Position numbers and translations under genes: made by a program. DNA of 50,085 bases. Source: Vicinamibacteria bacterium (lineage in GTDB: Bacteria; Acidobacteriota; Vicinamibacteria; Fen-336). The notes beneath the pieces were generated by a model. That model searched no databases. It saw only the letters and a program-made list of their open reading frames with translations, and was not told where the DNA came from. Positions 14,822 to 27,233 of this stretch are shown piece by piece; the first letter of the stretch is position 1, and each line of letters starts with the position of its first letter. The stretch lies in contig DATBSL010000034.1 of the NCBI GenBank assembly GCA_036559805.1, positions 1 through 50,085 on the forward strand. The letters run 5' to 3'.

Positions 14822-17591
14822 GGGCCGTCCCCGGCACGCTCGAGAGCCGCGCGAGCGTTCGCTCGAGCACCCGCGACAGGAAGAACCCGGGGTGGCCCGC
14901 GGAAAGCGCCTCGAGCCGCGGCCGCAGCGCGACGAGGCCCAGCTCGCCGACGAGGTGAGCGGCGATGCAGCGCAGCGACTCCCCGCCCTCGGCGAGGATC
15001 CGCCCGAGCGCCGCGTCGTAGTCGAGCGCCGTCAGCGCGTAGAGCTCGCCGGCGCCCGCGAGGCGCGTCGCGTCCGAGTCCTCGCTCACGATCGCCAGGA
15101 TCGGGGCGCGCAGCGGCGGCCGCAGCAGGTTCTCGAGCAGCTCGCGGCTGCTCGAGCGCTGGCGCGCGTCGCTCGAGCGCAGGCCGCGGTAGATGTCGCG
15201 GAAGTCCTCGCTCCGGTGCTGCAGCGCCAGCAGCCGCAGCAGCCGCTCCTGCGCCTGGGCCTCCTTGTCCTTCAGCAGCTGCACCAGCAGTCCGTGCCCC
15301 TCCGTGCGCCGCGCCGGCTGCGCGGCCGCCCCCGCCTCGAGCACGCCGCGCCAGTGCAGGACGCGGAAGACGCCCTCCGCGGTCGCGCGCGTCGCCTGGC
15401 CCAGGAGCCCCCCGTCCAGCGCGACCTCGGGCGAGGCCGCGACGATGCGGTTGAGCCCGCGCAGCATCCGGTAGCGCAGCGCGCCCACGCGCTCCTGGAT
15501 CAGCCGTCGTTCCAGGACCTGCGCGGCCGCGGCCGGCTCGAAGAGCGCGATCGTTCGCGGCAGGTGCCGGCGCAGCTCCAGCGGGAGCGCCTCGTCCGAG
15601 AGCGCCTGCTCGAGGAACGCCAGCCCCTCGCCCTCGTACGCCAAAAGCGCGGCGCGTGCGTCGCTCCTCACCTCGCGCTGGGCGAGCAGCTCCAGCAGCA
15701 CGTGCTGGAAGCCGGGGCTGCGCGCGGCCCCCATCGCCCGAGCGACCTGGACGAGCGTCTGCGACGTGCCGCGCTCCGCGAGACGCAGCAGCACGCCCTC
15801 GAAGGCGGGCGACGGCTGCGCGGCGATCGCGCGCGCGAGCGCCACCTGCGTCTCGTCGCCGGCGGAGTCGACCAGGCCGTCGAGCGCCCGTCGCGCCGTC
15901 TCGACCTCGAAGCCCCCCGCCACGCAGCCCGCCACGGCCGTCGCCCGCACGAGCGGGCTCGGGTCGGCGAGCGAGCGCAGCAGCAGCTCGCCGTCGGGAC
16001 GCACGCTGGTGCGCGCGCGCAGCGCCGCGGCGCGGATCTCGGGGTCGGAGTGCTGCAGCAGCCGGTCTGCGGCCGGCAGGAAGTCGGTCCGGCCCTCGCG
16101 CGCGAAGAGCTGCAGCGCCTTCAGCACGACTGCCTGCGACGGATGGTACAGGATGAGCGCCGGCACCAGCCGCGCGCGGCCCTCCACCTGCAAGAGCTCG
16201 ATCGCCGCCAGCACCTCGTGGTCGTCCGAGCTGTTGAGCGCGCCGATCAGCGCCTCGAGCGAGGCGAGGTCCACGGGCGGCAGGTCGATCGCCGGCCGCA
16301 GCGTGCCCTCGCGCAGCGCGACGCGGAAGACGTCGAGGTAGAGCGCCTTGAGGTCGGCCACGAGCGCCACCCAGACGAGCGCCGTCGCCGCGGCCGCGCC
16401 CGCAAGCACCACATCTCCGCGCGCCAGCATGCTCTCGGAGAGGATCAGGATCGACGCGACCGCCTGTCCGCCTCGCTGGCCGACGATGTCGACGAGCGGC
16501 TTGGCTCGGTTGCGCACCCCGGGCTTCAGCGGAACGAACAAGAGCTCGGTGCCGGTGCGGTGCAGCGAGTTGCGCAGCGACCCGTCGACGCCCTTGAGCA
16601 GCAGGGCGGCGACGAGGCCGCCCCCGAGCGCCAGGCCGGCGGCGCCCAGGAAGAGGAGCGACGGCAGCACCCAGAGCGCCCGGTGCAGGCCGATCGCCTG
16701 GAAGAGCCAGCCTCCCAGCACGAGCTGCGCGACGAGCGCGATCAGGTTGAGCACGGCGTAGAAGCCGCCAAAGAAGGCCCCGAGCTCCTCGGGCGGGACC
16801 GCGCGCGCCACCGCGCTCTTGAACACGTAGTCCGCGAGCGTGAGCGCGATCGTGGACACCAGCATCAGCACCGCCAGCGCTCGCAGGTACGCGTCGCCAC
16901 GCAGCAGCTTGAGGCCGTCGACGAGCGACGCGGACACACGCGGGCGCGAGCTCACGCGCGCGGCGGCGCGGCCGAGCGCCATGGCGGGGCCCATCGCGGT
17001 CACGCCCAGCACGAGGGCGGCGGCGAGCACCAGCGCGCTCGCCGGCGCGTTCTGCGCCAGCATGCGGGCGCACGCTGCGCCCGTCGTCGCTCCGAGCAGG
17101 CTCCCCAGCCACACTCGGCTGTAGAGCCGCTTCGCCTCGCCGAGCGTGTACAGGTCGCCCAGCACCATCCAGAACTGCAGCACCGCCAGGCTGCCGAGCA
17201 GCCCCGTCCACACGTAGAGCGCGTAGATCTCGGCCGGGTGCTGGCCGCGCAGCAGCAGCCAGAAGCCGAATGTCACGAGCGCGCCGCCTCCGAGCAGCCG
17301 GCTGAGCCCGAAAGGCCCGCTCGCCCGCCGCCGTCCCCACGGCGACTGGCTGGCCGCGACCGCGACGATGGCGATCGCGAAGTAGACGAAGGCGAGGTGC
17401 GAGGCTGGCAGCCGCGCGAGGAACAGCGCGTCGCGTGCGGTCTCGAGCAGCGTGTGCCCGGCGAGCGTGCCGAAGATCGTGAGGAACGCAGCGCGCGTGC
17501 TGCGGCGCTGCTCCGGGTGCAGCTCCGAGAGGCCCATCAGCGGCTCATTGCTCCTCGCTTCGGCATGCGGCTTCGGTTCCGGAGCATCCAT
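14814..17591 (-). CDS. nucleotide-translocase-like (TLC/Npt-type MFS) membrane domain fused to a long HEAT/armadillo-type repeat domain
   Basis: ORF 14814..17591(-). The N-terminal roughly 430 aa are polytopic, with FLTIFGTLAGHTLLETARDALFL, which resembles the ADP/ATP carrier family N-terminus. The C-terminal roughly 480 aa contain repeated helical units (DPEIRAAALRA, DPSPLVRATAVAG). The start is uncertain; ATG 17537 is the alternative. Confidence 0.75.
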   Translation of the reverse strand: MDAPEPKPHAEARSNEPLMGLSELHPEQRRSTRAAFLTIFGTLAGHTLLETARDALFLARLPASHLAFVYFAIAIVAVAASQSPWGRRRASGPFGLSRLLGGGALVTFGFWLLLRGQHPAEIYALYVWTGLLGSLAVLQFWMVLGDLYTLGEAKRLYSRVWLGSLLGATTGAACARMLAQNAPASALVLAAALVLGVTAMGPAMALGRAAARVSSRPRVSASLVDGLKLLRGDAYLRALAVLMLVSTIALTLADYVFKSAVARAVPPEELGAFFGGFYAVLNLIALVAQLVLGGWLFQAIGLHRALWVLPSLLFLGAAGLALGGGLVAALLLKGVDGSLRNSLHRTGTELLFVPLKPGVRNRAKPLVDIVGQRGGQAVASILILSESMLARGDVVLAGAAAATALVWVALVADLKALYLDVFRVALREGTLRPAIDLPPVDLASLEALIGALNSSDDHEVLAAIELLQVEGRARLVPALILYHPSQAVVLKALQLFAREGRTDFLPAADRLLQHSDPEIRAAALRARTSVRPDGELLLRSLADPSPLVRATAVAGCVAGGFEVETARRALDGLVDSAGDETQVALARAIAAQPSPAFEGVLLRLAERGTSQTLVQVARAMGAARSPGFQHVLLELLAQREVRSDARAALLAYEGEGLAFLEQALSDEALPLELRRHLPRTIALFEPAAAAQVLERRLIQERVGALRYRMLRGLNRIVAASPEVALDGGLLGQATRATAEGVFRVLHWRGVLEAGAAAQPARRTEGHGLLVQLLKDKEAQAQERLLRLLALQHRSEDFRDIYRGLRSSDARQRSSSRELLENLLRPPLRAPILAIVSEDSDATRLAGAGELYALTALDYDAALGRILAEGGESLRCIAAHLVGELGLVALRPRLEALSAGHPGFFLSRVLERTLARLSSVPGTAHA

Positions 17592-17611
17592 TATGGCTAT
17601 ACTGGCGGCGG

Positions 17612-17992
17612 ATGCCGAAGCTGGTCGCGCTCGTCGACGACCTCTTGTTCCTGAGCCGGATCCGCGAGGCGGGCCGCGCGGCGGGCGTCACGGTGGCCTC
17701 CGCGCGATGCGCTACGGACCTCGTCGCCGCCGCCACGAACGGCGCCAGCCTCGTGCTGGTGGACGCCGACAGCGAGCGACTGCCGTGGCGCGAGGCCGTC
17801 GCCGCGCTGCGAGCGCTCCCCGGGCTCGAAACGCTTCCGGTGGTGGCCTTCGTGAGCCATGTCCGCGCGGACCACGCCCAGGCGGCGCGCGCCGCGGGAG
17901 CGAGTCAGGTGCTCGCGCGCTCGGCCTTCGTCGAGGAGCTGCCACGGCTGGTTTCCGAGGCCGGCGCGTCGTCTGCGAGCGATCGCTCCTGA
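17612..17992 (+). CDS. stand-alone receiver-like (CheY-fold) protein, atypical
   Basis: ORF 17612..17992. It has KLVALVDD, SLVLVDAD and PVVAFVSH, but the conserved Lys is absent. There is no Shine-Dalgarno. A TATACT hexamer lies 8 nt upstream of the ATG. Confidence 0.65.
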   Translation: MPKLVALVDDLLFLSRIREAGRAAGVTVASARCATDLVAAATNGASLVLVDADSERLPWREAVAALRALPGLETLPVVAFVSHVRADHAQAARAAGASQVLARSAFVEELPRLVSEAGASSASDRS

Positions 17993-18070
17993 GGCCTTTG
18001 GGGGCGCGTCGCACGGGGCGACGTTTGGCCCGAAGCATGAGGGACTGTCATCACCGAGGCCCCAGGCACA

Positions 18071-18096
18071 AAAGCCTGTCAGTATTGACAGGCTTT
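18071..18096. terminator. perfect 11-bp hairpin flanked by A and T runs (candidate intrinsic terminator or operator)
   Basis: AAAGCCTGTCA (18071-18081), loop GTAT, TGACAGGCTTT (18086-18096). It lies 79 nt after the stop of the REC-like gene, in a locally AT-rich region. Confidence 0.5.
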
Positions 18097-18237
18097 CAGG
18101 GATATGTATCCGTGTGATAGCCTCCCGAAAGAGGGTCGGGTGCTTCCGTCCCTTGTTCGCTTTTTCCTGTTTTGACGACGGACGGGCGGGACCTTGAGCC
18201 CGTGGTACCGGCGTCGCCGTGCAACGGAGGACGAGAC

Positions 18238-19764
18238 ATGAGCAGGAAGTTCACGGCCAGCATCGCCGCTGCCCTCACCCTGGGCGCCTTCGCGATCAGC
18301 GAGGCCCAGCAGCACAAAGCGACCCGGCTGGGGAACCCGGCCACGCGGTTCGCGAAACCGCTGAAGAAGCCCGACGATCTGCGCGTGCTGCTGCGCGCCG
18401 AGAAGTTGAAGGCGGACGTCGCAGCCGTCCTCGCCGAGGTGGGTTGGGCAGGCGACGTCGCCGACCTCGATCGCGCCGCGGCCAGCACGGAAATCACCGC
18501 GATCCAGGTCCCCTCGGGGACGCGGCTGCCGTTCATGGCCGCGCGCAAGAAGGGCAAGGCCTACGCGATGCGGGACGTGCTCTGGGCCGGCAAGCAGCCG
18601 ATCGACGCCTTCGGCTTCGAGTTCTCCTCGAAGTGCCGGCGCTATCGGCTCGTCACGCCCAAGGCGTGCAGCAACTTCTGGGTTGAGGACATCGGCGCGG
18701 ACACGGTCGACCCGGCGTGCGTCAAGAAGCCCGAGCTGCCGCCCGTCGTCAGCCTGAGCGGCGCGCGCGAGACCTGCGTCACGCAGCCCGTCGACTACGC
18801 GATCACGGTCCAGAACCCGCCCGCGGACAACGACATCAAGCTCTTCGTGAACGGCAAGGAGGCGGTTTCCGACAAGCTCACGAACGGGAGCTTCCGCTTC
18901 ACGTTCACGGGCGCGGCCACTCCGGGCACCTACGAGGTGAAGGCGGTTTCCGGCAGCCAGCAGGCGACGACGACCGTCGTGGTGAAGCCCTGCGTGCCGA
19001 CCTGCGGCATCACGGCGAGCCCGCTTCCGGCCAAGGCCGGCAAGCCCCTCACAGTGGACGTCAGCGGCTCGCGCATCGCAGCCGGCGTCAAGGGCGGCGT
19101 GAAGTCCGCCAAGATCGAGGTCCTCAACTCCAAGGGAGAGGTCGTCGACACCTTCGAGCTGCCCGGCACCGCGCTCAGCCGCAACGACGTGGTGATCAAG
19201 AAGGGCGGCATCCACACGCTGCGTGCCGTGGTGACCGACGACGCCAACCAGGTCTCGACCAACGAGTGCACGGCGCAGGTCGACGTCAAGGGCGGCCTCC
19301 CGATCTTCGTTAGCGGCTACTTCGGCAAGGAGCGGATGACTCACGACGACGCGGAGGACCACGAGGACGTCTTCCTGGCCGGCGCCGCCTTCTCGCGCTG
19401 CGCGCCGCTCGTCGGGTTCGACATCGGCTTCCAGCCGATGATCGGGGACAAGACTCAGCTCGAGCTCGCGCTCGGCGTGAAGTTCCCGATCGACGAGGAC
19501 GACGCCCACACCGCGATGTTCGGCAACGTTGCGGTCAACCGCGTGCTCGGCGGCGGCTTCTTCGGCGCCGGCATCTCCTGGTGGGAGTTCGGCCAGGACT
19601 CGGGCGGGCTCGGGCCGCTCTTCCAGGGCGGCTTCGACCTCGACAAGGACGGCAAGTGGCAGCTCGTCGGCCAGGGCCGCCTGATCTTCTCGGAGCTCGA
19701 CAACATCGACAACAACTACCAGCTCTGGGGCGGCGTGCGGTTCCGTCCGAACGCCTGGAAGTAG
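18238..19764 (+). CDS. secreted protein with central Ig-like/Cys-containing domains and a C-terminal beta-barrel-like region, hypothetical
   Basis: ATG 18238 has a GGAGG Shine-Dalgarno. The signal peptide is MSRKFTASIAAALTLGAFAISEA. The middle is beta-rich (TYEVKAVSGSQQATTTVVVKPC). The Gly/aromatic-rich C-terminus ends ...WGGVRFRPNAWK. Confidence 0.7.
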   Translation: MSRKFTASIAAALTLGAFAISEAQQHKATRLGNPATRFAKPLKKPDDLRVLLRAEKLKADVAAVLAEVGWAGDVADLDRAAASTEITAIQVPSGTRLPFMAARKKGKAYAMRDVLWAGKQPIDAFGFEFSSKCRRYRLVTPKACSNFWVEDIGADTVDPACVKKPELPPVVSLSGARETCVTQPVDYAITVQNPPADNDIKLFVNGKEAVSDKLTNGSFRFTFTGAATPGTYEVKAVSGSQQATTTVVVKPCVPTCGITASPLPAKAGKPLTVDVSGSRIAAGVKGGVKSAKIEVLNSKGEVVDTFELPGTALSRNDVVIKKGGIHTLRAVVTDDANQVSTNECTAQVDVKGGLPIFVSGYFGKERMTHDDAEDHEDVFLAGAAFSRCAPLVGFDIGFQPMIGDKTQLELALGVKFPIDEDDAHTAMFGNVAVNRVLGGGFFGAGISWWEFGQDSGGLGPLFQGGFDLDKDGKWQLVGQGRLIFSELDNIDNNYQLWGGVRFRPNAWK

Positions 19765-19786
19765 TCGGCTAAGCCAGCCGTTCCCG

Positions 19787-19828
19787 AAAACGCCCTCGCC
19801 GGCTCGTCCGGCGGGGGCGTTTTCTTTT
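19787..19828 (+). terminator. rho-independent terminator
   Basis: AAAACGCCCTCGCCGG (19787-19802), loop CTCGT, CCGGCGGGGGCGTTTT (19808-19823). This is a 17-bp stem with one G-U pair, followed by CTTTT. It starts 23 nt after stop 19764. Confidence 0.8.
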
Positions 19829-19987
19829 GGGGGCTCGGCTGGCCGTTCGAGCTCCCACGCGAACCTCGGCCGCCGCGTCCGTCCAAGAGGTGGGGATCCG
19901 CGCGGGGCGAGCCATCGATGATCCGCCCGAGCCCGGGCCCGAGCTTCGATGATCGAGGAGACACGTGCGGTGGCCGGCGGGCCGCGG

Positions 19988-23638
<3,651 letters not shown>

Positions 23639-23662
23639 AGAGGATGGGTGGGGTCAGGTCCC

Positions 23663-24025
23663 CTATTCGTCTCGGTGCACCGTCCCCGGCGCGAAAGCCG
23701 GGACGCAGACGGCCACGTACTCGGCTCCGTCCGCACCGGGCGTGCTGTAGCGCACCCACTCCCCGCGCGGCGCCACAATGGCCTGGCCGGCCCGCACGTC
23801 GAGCGTGCCGTTGCGCGTCTCGACCCGGAGCGTCCCGCGCAGGACCAGCGTGAACTCGTCGAACTCGGGCGTCTGGCCCGGCTCGACCCAGCCCGACGGG
23901 CTGGTCATGCGCGCGACGCTTGCCTCCGCGGTGCCCGAGTTGACGAGCCCGACGAACTCCTCGATCCGCTTCGGCTTGTTGCCGGCGGCCTGGACGATCG
24001 TCGGCGTCTCGATCAGCCGGGCCAC
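23663..24025 (-). CDS. cupin-domain protein
   Basis: The cupin beta-barrel pattern is present (FDEFTLVLRGTLRVETRNGTLDVRAGQAIVAPRGEWVRY). I chose GTG 24025 just downstream of the SSS stop. The track start at 24088 would overlap the SSS gene by 58 nt. Confidence 0.7.
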   Translation of the reverse strand: MARLIETPTIVQAAGNKPKRIEEFVGLVNSGTAEASVARMTSPSGWVEPGQTPEFDEFTLVLRGTLRVETRNGTLDVRAGQAIVAPRGEWVRYSTPGADGAEYVAVCVPAFAPGTVHRDE

Positions 24026-24030
24026 GAGCT

Positions 24031-25797
24031 CTAGCCGTTGAAGTAGAGGTACGCCACCAGGATCAGCACCAGCGTCAAGCCCGACCACGCCACCTCGGCC
24101 ATGCCCCAGCTCGCGCGCGACTCGCGCTTGTGCTCCTCGCTGAGCGTCGCGAACGTGAGGTCCTTGAGCTGCGCTTCCGGCGGCGCCTCGGTCATGTGGC
24201 TCACGATCACCATCGCGGCCGCCGAGACCAGGAAGATCAGCACGCTGTAGTACTGGAAGTAGATGTTGTTGACGATCCAGAGCAGCGAGCCCTCGGCGTA
24301 GCCGTCAGCGTAGCCCGCCATCCCGAGCGTCACGGGCGTGTCGACCGCGAGACGAAAGAGGCCCATCAGGAAGCCGGTGCCGAGCGCGGCGAGCGCGCCC
24401 TTGGCGTTCAGGCGCTTGAAGAAGACGCCCAGGAAGAAGACCGTGAAGATCGGCGGCGCCAGGTAGCCCTGGACGCCCTGCAGGTAATCGTAGAGGCCGC
24501 GGGCGCCCTGGATCACGGGGATCCAGACGATCGCGACCAGCACCATCACGGTCGTCGCGACGCGCCCGATCCAAACGAGCTGGGCCTGCGTCGCTCCCGG
24601 CCGCAGCCGGTTGTAGAAGTCCATCGTGAACAGCGTCGAGCAGGCGTTGAAGGCGCCCGCGAGCGAGCTCATCAGCGCGGCGAGCAGGCCCGCTACCACC
24701 AGCCCGCGGATGCCCACGGGCAGGATGTGCTGGACCATCAGCGGGAACGCCGCCTGGGCCCGGGCGTTGACGACCTGGCCGTTCGCGTCGAGGAGCGTCT
24801 GCTGCAGCGCCGGGATCGCCCCGGTAGAAGCCAGCGCCACGGCCAGCATGCCCGGGATGATGAAGATGAAGACCGGCAGCAGCTTCAGCAGCGACGCGAA
24901 GATCGTGCCGCGGCGCGCCTCCCGCTCGTCGGGCGCGGCGAGCGTGCGCTGGACGATGTACTGGTCGGTGCACCAGTACCAGAGGCCGATGATCGGCGCG
25001 CAGAACAGCATGCCCAGCCACGGGTAGTTGCCGTTGAAATACCAGGCGATCCGGCCGGCTTCCTTGACCGGCGCCCAGGTGCCTTCCATGCCCGCGGGCA
25101 CGAGCGGCTTCCAGAGGTTGAACATGTCGGAGGGCAGCGCCGCGCGGAACGCGCCCCAGCCCCCGATCGCCTCGAGCCCGTACCAGGTGAGCACGGCCGA
25201 GCCGAGCACGAGGATCGCCGTCTGCACCGCCTCGGTGTACGCGACCGCGCGCATGCCGCCGAGCACGGTGTAGATGCCGGTCAGGATCACGACCGCCAGA
25301 GAGCCGATCCAGAAGCTGTCGAGCTCGAGGCCTCCGAGCGACAGCCGCCACTCGGGGATGAGCGTGCCCGACACGACGCCGCCCGCGTAGATCCCGACGG
25401 CGATCTTGGTCAGCACGTACGCGACGAGCGAGATCACCGAGAGCACCGTGCGCGCGGTGCCCGAGAAGCGCCGCTCGAGGAACTCGGGCATGGTGTAGAC
25501 GCGCGAGCGCATGTAGAAGGGCACCATCACCCAGCCGAGCACCAGCAGGCACCAGGCGTGCAGCTCGTAGTGCGCGAGCGCGACGCCGCTGGTCGCCCCG
25601 GCGCCCGCGAGCCCCACCAGGTGCTCCGAGCCGATGTTCGAGGCGAAGATCGACGCGCCGACGACCAGCCAGCCCAAGCTGCGGCCGGAGAGGAAGTAGT
25701 CCTCCGCGGTCGCCTTGTTGCGCAGGATCACCCACCAGGTGATGCCGAGCAGCAGCAGGAAGTAGCCGGTGACGACGATCCAGTCGAGTGTTGCCAT
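24031..25797 (-). CDS. sodium:solute symporter (SSS family, SGLT-like sugar transporter)
   Basis: ORF 24031..25797(-), 588 aa, polytopic. Motifs include DYFLSGRSLGWLVVGASIFASNIGSEHLVGLAG and YTMPEFLERRF. Confidence 0.9.
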   Translation of the reverse strand: MATLDWIVVTGYFLLLLGITWWVILRNKATAEDYFLSGRSLGWLVVGASIFASNIGSEHLVGLAGAGATSGVALAHYELHAWCLLVLGWVMVPFYMRSRVYTMPEFLERRFSGTARTVLSVISLVAYVLTKIAVGIYAGGVVSGTLIPEWRLSLGGLELDSFWIGSLAVVILTGIYTVLGGMRAVAYTEAVQTAILVLGSAVLTWYGLEAIGGWGAFRAALPSDMFNLWKPLVPAGMEGTWAPVKEAGRIAWYFNGNYPWLGMLFCAPIIGLWYWCTDQYIVQRTLAAPDEREARRGTIFASLLKLLPVFIFIIPGMLAVALASTGAIPALQQTLLDANGQVVNARAQAAFPLMVQHILPVGIRGLVVAGLLAALMSSLAGAFNACSTLFTMDFYNRLRPGATQAQLVWIGRVATTVMVLVAIVWIPVIQGARGLYDYLQGVQGYLAPPIFTVFFLGVFFKRLNAKGALAALGTGFLMGLFRLAVDTPVTLGMAGYADGYAEGSLLWIVNNIYFQYYSVLIFLVSAAAMVIVSHMTEAPPEAQLKDLTFATLSEEHKRESRASWGMAEVAWSGLTLVLILVAYLYFNG

Positions 25798-25809
25798 GTC
25801 AGCGCCCCC

Positions 25810-27048
25810 TCAAGCCGCGGTCTTCTGTTCGGCCTTCCCCCCGTCGAAGAAGAAGGCGAACAGCAGGATGATCACGAACGCCATCGATGCCGGCCACAGC
25901 CAGATCGCCGTCCAGTCGTGGCTCACCAGGCCGCCGCCCTCGGCCGCCCGCGCATAGCGGTCCACCACCGGCCCGGAGACCCAGGACCCGATCAGCATCC
26001 CGACCCCGTACGTGACGAGGGTGATGAAGCCCTGAGCGCTCGCCTGGATCGACTTGGGCGCGGCCTTGTCCACGTAGATCTGGCCCGTGACGAAGAAGAA
26101 GTCGTAGCAGACGCCGTGGAGCAGGATCCCGCCGTAGAACATCCAGACGAGCTCCTGCGCATTGCCGTAGGCGAACAGCAGGTAGCGCCCGGCCCACGCC
26201 GCCATCCCGACGATCAGCATCCACTTCACGCCGAGACGCCGGAAGAAGAACGGCATCACGAGCATGAACAGGACCTCGGACACCTGGCCCAGGCTCTGCT
26301 TCGCCGCCGCGTTCTCGAGCCCCATCTCGTTCAAGAACGGGTTCGTGAAGTTGTAGTAGAACGCCAGCGGAATGCAGATCAGCAGCGAGCCGAGCACGAA
26401 GATGGCGAACGAGCGGTCCTTCATGAGCGAGAGGGCGTCGAGCCCCAGCACGTCGCGGACGGTGACTTTGCGCCCGAGCGACTTGGGGGGTGTGTGCGGC
26501 AGCGCGAAGGCGAACAGGCCGAAGACGACCGAGGCCACCGTCGCGATCAGCAACGGGGTCGCGGTCGCCTCGACGCCCAGCGAGCCGACGATCAGGCCCG
26601 CTACGATCCAGCCGATCGTGCCGAAGAGGCGCACGCCCGGGAACTGCTTCTCGGGGCTCGCCATCTGGTTGAAGGCGATCGCGTTGACGAGCGCGAGCGT
26701 CGGGTTGTAGCAGAGCGCGTAGAGCAGCAGCACCCAGAAAAACGCGGTGGGCGTCGTGACGGTCGAGACCCAGTAGAGCAGGGCCGCTCCCACCAGGTGA
26801 AGCACGCCGAGCAGCTTCTCGGCGGCGAAGAAGCGGTCGGCGATCATGCCGATCACGAACGGCGCCACGATCGCGCCCCAGGGCATCGTGCTGTAGGCGA
26901 GCGCCGTCTCGGTTCCCGTGAAGCGCAGGCCCTGCAAGAGGTAGGTGCCCATCGTCACGAAGTAGGCGCCCCAGACGAAGAACTGCAGGAACATCATCGC
27001 GGACAGCTTGACGCGCACGGCGGGCGCCAGGGTGAGCTCAGGGGTCAT
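25810..27048 (-). CDS. MFS transporter, nucleoside:H+ symporter (NHS) family-like
   Basis: ATG 27048 has an AAGGAGG Shine-Dalgarno. Motifs LSAMMFLQFFVWGAYFVTMGTYL, GMIADRFF and LFGTIGWIVAG are typical of the NupG/XapB/YegT family. Confidence 0.85.
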   Translation of the reverse strand: MTPELTLAPAVRVKLSAMMFLQFFVWGAYFVTMGTYLLQGLRFTGTETALAYSTMPWGAIVAPFVIGMIADRFFAAEKLLGVLHLVGAALLYWVSTVTTPTAFFWVLLLYALCYNPTLALVNAIAFNQMASPEKQFPGVRLFGTIGWIVAGLIVGSLGVEATATPLLIATVASVVFGLFAFALPHTPPKSLGRKVTVRDVLGLDALSLMKDRSFAIFVLGSLLICIPLAFYYNFTNPFLNEMGLENAAAKQSLGQVSEVLFMLVMPFFFRRLGVKWMLIVGMAAWAGRYLLFAYGNAQELVWMFYGGILLHGVCYDFFFVTGQIYVDKAAPKSIQASAQGFITLVTYGVGMLIGSWVSGPVVDRYARAAEGGGLVSHDWTAIWLWPASMAFVIILLFAFFFDGGKAEQKTAA

Positions 27049-27233
27049 GCCGGAACCGCCTCCTTCCACGCCTGTAATGGCTGCTGAGATGCCGTGGCCG
27101 TACCGGCCGGGCGGCGACCGGGCGAGACCTTACCACAAGCCGGGAGCCCGCCGCGCGGCCGCTCTTGCCGAGGCCCGCCCTCCGGCACTAGCATCCGGAG
27201 TCGAGCCAGCGCATCGTCTCCAGGGAGGCCATC

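Noticed and set aside
14232-17654. 1140-aa + strand ORF and the 855-aa alternate-frame minus ORF (14773..17340) over the HEAT-fusion gene
   Set aside because: Both are low-complexity Arg/Ala/Pro/Ser strings. The 14814..17591(-) frame has a coherent polytopic domain plus helical repeats and overlaps cleanly with the downstream cNMP gene.
23663-24088. Track start (24088) for the cupin gene
   Set aside because: It would overlap the upstream SSS gene by 58 nt and add a non-cupin, Gly/Ala/Pro-rich N-terminus. GTG 24025, just after the SSS stop, is preferred, although it remains uncertain.
24130-27087. 985-aa + ORF over the two transporter genes, the 1008-aa minus ORF (41406..44432) over the TRAP/esterase genes, the 586-aa minus ORF (28522..30282) over the CRTAC1-like gene, and the 662-aa minus ORF (18079..20067)
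   Set aside because: All have highly biased Arg/Asp/Glu/His/Ala composition with no motifs. All lie antisense to genes with strong family signatures.
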